DNA of 64,000 nucleotides. Source: Bacilli bacterium (lineage in GTDB: Bacteria; Bacillota_I; Bacilli_A; RF39; UBA660). Below are positions 61,085-64,000 of this stretch, one piece after another. The first letter of the stretch is position 1, and every line of letters begins with the position of its first letter. The notes beneath the pieces are model-generated. The model had not been told where the DNA came from, made no database searches, and saw nothing but the letters and a program-made list of their open reading frames with translations. The position numbers and the translations under genes were made by a program. The stretch spans positions 139,013-203,012 of the forward strand of contig JAFQCG010000001.1 in assembly GCA_017416535.1 (NCBI GenBank). The letters run 5' to 3'.

Positions 61085-61196
61085 CAAAGATGTTTCTGAA
61101 TCTGAGAAATCAGACAAAGATGATAAATCAGACAAACAAAAATTAATATTAAGACCTTTTAATAGATTAGTTACTAAATCTAATCTGCTTATATAA
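61077..61196 (+). CDS. candidate lysine-rich small ORF (39 aa) overlapping the dusB stop, upstream of lysS
   Basis: RBS AAGGAGGGA 7 nt before ATG 61077. Product MSNKDVSESEKSDKDDKSDKQKLILRPFNRLVTKSNLLI. Speculative. Confidence 0.25.
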   Translation: MSNKDVSESEKSDKDDKSDKQKLILRPFNRLVTKSNLLI

Positions 61197-61229
61197 AAGG
61201 TTACTTACAAGAAGAAGGAGTAATATAAA

Positions 61230-62711
61230 ATGAGAGAATTAAGTGAACAAGAAATTGTTAGAAGAGAAAAATTACAAAATATTGAAAATCCATATCCTGA
61301 GAGATATGAAATTAATTATGAGTTGCATGAAGCAGCTGAGTTAGAAGATGGAACTACTGGAGTAAGAGTTGCTGGTAGAATTATTTTAATGAGAAAAATG
61401 GGTAAGATGAGTTTCTTAACTATTGGAGATATTCATGGTAAAATCCAAATTTCTGTTAAAATGGATATGATTGGTGAAGAAGCATATCAACAATTTAAGT
61501 CAAATTATGACTTAGGAGATTTTATTGGAGTAGAAGGTGAAGTATTTACTACTCATACTGGAGAAAAGACTGTTAGAGCAGATAGTATTACTTTCTTAGG
61601 AAAAGCTTTAAAACCACTTCCAGAAAAATTCCATGGTATTGAGGATATTGAAACAATTTATCGTGAGAGATATTTAGATTTAATTATGAATGATGATGCT
61701 AAAAAGAAATTTGTTTTCAGAAGCAAATTTATTCGTGAAATTAGAAATTATCTAGACGAAGCTGGATATATGGAAATTGAAACACCTATTTTAAATAATA
61801 AAGCTAGTGGTGCTACTGCAAGACCATTTATTACACATCATAATGCTTTAGATATTGATTTATATTTAAGAATTGCACCAGAAACTTATTTAAAGAGAGC
61901 TGTTGTTGGTGGAATTAATAAAGTATTTGAAATTGCAAGATGTTTCAGAAATGAAGGAATTGATGCAACTCACTTACAAGACTTTACTATGATCGAAGGA
62001 TATTGTGCATATTATAACTATAAAGATAATATGAAATTCTTAAGAGAAATGTTACAACATATTATTGAAAAGCTATTTGGAACACTTATTATTACTGTAG
62101 GAGATAAGCAAGTAGATTTAGGTGGAGAATGGCCAAGTGTTAGTTTTAGAGATTTAATATTACAATATGGAAATATTGATATTAATGAATACAATACAAA
62201 GGAATTATTATTGCAAAAGATTTATGATGAGAAAATTGAAATTGATTCAGATACACCACTTGAAGATTTAGGATATGGTAATTTAGTTGATCAATTATAT
62301 AAGAAAGTTGCTAGACCAAATGTTGTTAATCCAATTTTCTTAACTGAACATCCAATAAGTTTAAGTCCTTTAGCAAGAGCTAATGATGATAATCCAGAAA
62401 TAACAGATAGATTCCAATTAATTATTAATGGAGCTGAAATTATTAATGCATATTCAGAACTTGTTGATCCTCAAGAACAAGAAAGAAGACTTGAAGTTCA
62501 AGCTGCTTTAAAAGCTGAAGGTGATGAAGAAGCAATGCCAATGGATCATGAATATATATCTGCTATGGAAGTTGGTATGCCTCCAATTAGTGGATGGGGA
62601 ATGGGAATTGATCGTGTTGTTCAATTACTTACAAATGCTGATAATATCAAAGATGTTGTTATGTTCCCATTAATGAGACCATTAAATATTGAAAATAAAG
62701 ACTCTGAATAA
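61230..62711 (+). CDS. lysS: lysine--tRNA ligase (class II)
   Basis: 493 aa. N-terminal OB anticodon-binding domain, class II motifs (FRNEGID..., GGMGIDRVV). Confidence 0.95.
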   Translation: MRELSEQEIVRREKLQNIENPYPERYEINYELHEAAELEDGTTGVRVAGRIILMRKMGKMSFLTIGDIHGKIQISVKMDMIGEEAYQQFKSNYDLGDFIGVEGEVFTTHTGEKTVRADSITFLGKALKPLPEKFHGIEDIETIYRERYLDLIMNDDAKKKFVFRSKFIREIRNYLDEAGYMEIETPILNNKASGATARPFITHHNALDIDLYLRIAPETYLKRAVVGGINKVFEIARCFRNEGIDATHLQDFTMIEGYCAYYNYKDNMKFLREMLQHIIEKLFGTLIITVGDKQVDLGGEWPSVSFRDLILQYGNIDINEYNTKELLLQKIYDEKIEIDSDTPLEDLGYGNLVDQLYKKVARPNVVNPIFLTEHPISLSPLARANDDNPEITDRFQLIINGAEIINAYSELVDPQEQERRLEVQAALKAEGDEEAMPMDHEYISAMEVGMPPISGWGMGIDRVVQLLTNADNIKDVVMFPLMRPLNIENKDSE

Positions 62712-62722
62712 GAGTCTTTTTT
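62699..62722 (+). terminator. terminator after lysS
   Basis: AGACTC-TGAATA-GAGTCT plus T6. Confidence 0.7.
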
Positions 62723-62810
62723 CTTTTTTCTTAATTAAAAATTTATATAAAACCTTTGAAATGCTTGAAAAATAAGGTCATTATAGTATAATTATAGTGG
62801 GAGGTTAATT

Positions 62811-64000
62811 ATGAAGAAACATAATACAATGAAAGTCGTTCTTTTAGTTGTGACTGCTTTGTGGTTAATATCTGCATTATTCTTACCTGATAAGGATTGG
62901 GGAGTATTAGTTAAATGTGGATTATCACTAGTTGAACTATTTTTAATGTTATTTGCTTTAAAAGAAAAGAACAATGCATTAAAGGTTGTTTTAGTTACAA
63001 TTTTTGCATTATGTGTACTTGCTTGGATTTTACCAGCTGCTTATTATTCCGGTGAGTATATTGATCAAGGACGCACTCAAATAGGTTTATTTGATGTATT
63101 TAATTATTCACTAACTTCATTATCATACTTTGGGTATATTGGTTTATTCATCGTATTAGTTGGTGGATTCTATGGAATTTTATATAAAATTCCTGCGTAT
63201 CGTAGTTTCTTAGATAAGATTGTTGCTATTTGCAAAGGTAAAGAAGCTTTAACTCTATCAATTATTATGGTAGTTTTAGCTTTAATTACTTCTGTATGTG
63301 GATTACAAATGGGATTACTATTATTTTTCCCTATGTTAGCAGCTGTTATCTTATTAATGGGATACGATAAAATTGTTGTTGCACTTACTCTTGTAGGTTC
63401 TACAATGATCGGTATGGCTGGTACTACTTTTGGTCATACAAATACTGAGGTTTTAAACTCATCATTAGGTTTAGATATTATGAAGACTGCACCTATTAAT
63501 TTCTTATTTTTAGTTTTAGGTTTAGCTTTATTAATATTTAATACTTTATGGTATGCAAAAAAAGCCAACAATGTAAGTAAGACTGCGCTTAAGGCAGCAA
63601 AGACTGTTGTTAAGAGTGAAAATGAAGTTGTTGAAGTAAAAGCTGAAAAGAAAGTTTCAGTTAAGAAGACTACTTCAAAAACAACTGCAAAAAGTAGTGC
63701 TAAGAAAACTACAACTGCTAAGAAAGCTTCTAGTACTAAATCTACTAGTACAAAGAAAGCATCTAGTAGTAAAGGTAAATCTTCATCTAAGTCTAGTAGA
63801 AAAGATATTAAAGCAGCTGCAAAAGGTGATGATGTTATCGTAGTTAAAGAATCATTAGTTAATGATTCAATGGAAAAGTTTGTTCCTACAATGGTAGATA
63901 GCAAACATAAAATTTGGCCAATTGTAACAGGATTTATTATCATGTTTATAGTTATGCTTTTAGCTTTTATTCCTTGGGCCGATGTATTTAAAAATGATAT
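62811..64000 (+). CDS. polytopic membrane protein (transporter-like), 5' partial; contains a K/S/T-rich low-complexity loop; runs off the window end
   Basis: Open + frame from ATG 62811 (RBS GGGAGG) to the window end. Not in the ORF track because there is no stop. Multiple TM helices, then KKTTSKTTAKSSAKKTTTAKKASSTKSTSTKKASSSKGKSSSKSSRK, then further TM sequence. Confidence 0.6.
   Translation, partial: MKKHNTMKVVLLVVTALWLISALFLPDKDWGVLVKCGLSLVELFLMLFALKEKNNALKVVLVTIFALCVLAWILPAAYYSGEYIDQGRTQIGLFDVFNYSLTSLSYFGYIGLFIVLVGGFYGILYKIPAYRSFLDKIVAICKGKEALTLSIIMVVLALITSVCGLQMGLLLFFPMLAAVILLMGYDKIVVALTLVGSTMIGMAGTTFGHTNTEVLNSSLGLDIMKTAPINFLFLVLGLALLIFNTLWYAKKANNVSKTALKAAKTVVKSENEVVEVKAEKKVSVKKTTSKTTAKSSAKKTTTAKKASSTKSTSTKKASSSKGKSSSKSSRKDIKAAAKGDDVIVVKESLVNDSMEKFVPTMVDSKHKIWPIVTGFIIMFIVMLLAFIPWADVFKND

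Noticed and set aside
62792-62974. 60-aa minus-strand ORF downstream of lysS
   Set aside because: Overlaps the promoter, RBS and 5' end of the plus-strand membrane-protein gene, and has no RBS of its own.
63434-63943. 169-aa minus-strand ORF in the six-frame track
   Set aside because: It lies entirely antisense to the K/S/T-rich region of the plus-strand membrane-protein gene. Low-complexity A/L/F-rich translation is typical of antisense to AAR/AGY repeats. No RBS.

Overview
This window is the origin-proximal segment of a very AT-rich (about 30% GC by eye) chromosome. Gene order follows the Bacillus subtilis oriC region, and the lineage looks like a spore-forming, Bacillus-like Firmicute. 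Evidence for that reading: spoVT, spoVG, yabG, yabP, yabQ, bofA and ricT are present, a ComK-family gene and a Noc paralog are present, and YidC carries a lipobox.

Minus-strand block (1-20662): ung (partial), rlmH, a WalJ-like MBL hydrolase, a LysM-M23 peptidase, dnaB helicase, rplI, a standalone DHH/DHHA1 phosphoesterase, rpsR-ssb-rpsF, a weak PgeF-like ORF, ychF, a GNAT, an AbgT-family transporter, DUF951, parB-parA-noc, rsmG-mnmG-mnmE, jag-yidC-rnpA-rpmH.

oriC (20663-22648): degenerate DnaA boxes and an AT-rich unwinding region upstream of dnaA, plus two boxes between dnaA and dnaN.

Plus-strand block: dnaA, dnaN, a ComK-like gene, recF, gyrB, gyrA. Then comes an 0.8 kb gene-free array carrying 2 perfect plus 1 near-perfect parS sites, 3 perfect DnaA boxes and a perfect Noc-binding palindrome. 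Downstream of it: a short SRP RNA, tadA, dnaX, ybaB, recR, bofA, holB, ricT, a yabB-like methyltransferase, rsmI, a small ORF resembling the S3 N-terminus, pth, mfd, a three-gene insertion (hypothetical, ZIP transporter, hypothetical), spoVT (with a Noc site in its promoter), a T-box leader and metS, tatD, a SipW-type signal peptidase cluster with two tandem paralogous putative substrates, ksgA, a divergent TetR / acyl-CoA ligase pair, yabG, veg, a GT2-GtrA glycosyltransferase, spoVG, yabP, yabQ, divIC, tilS, ftsH, mscL, dusB, lysS, and a partial membrane protein running off the window.

I found no rRNA genes, tRNA genes, CRISPR arrays or mobile elements.

The most unusual items are: (1) the sipW plus two-paralog secreted-protein locus at 47349-49231; (2) the composite parS/DnaA-box/NBS array after gyrA; (3) a Noc paralog with a roughly 200-aa low-complexity insertion and no N-terminal amphipathic helix; and (4) the ComK-like gene between dnaN and recF.
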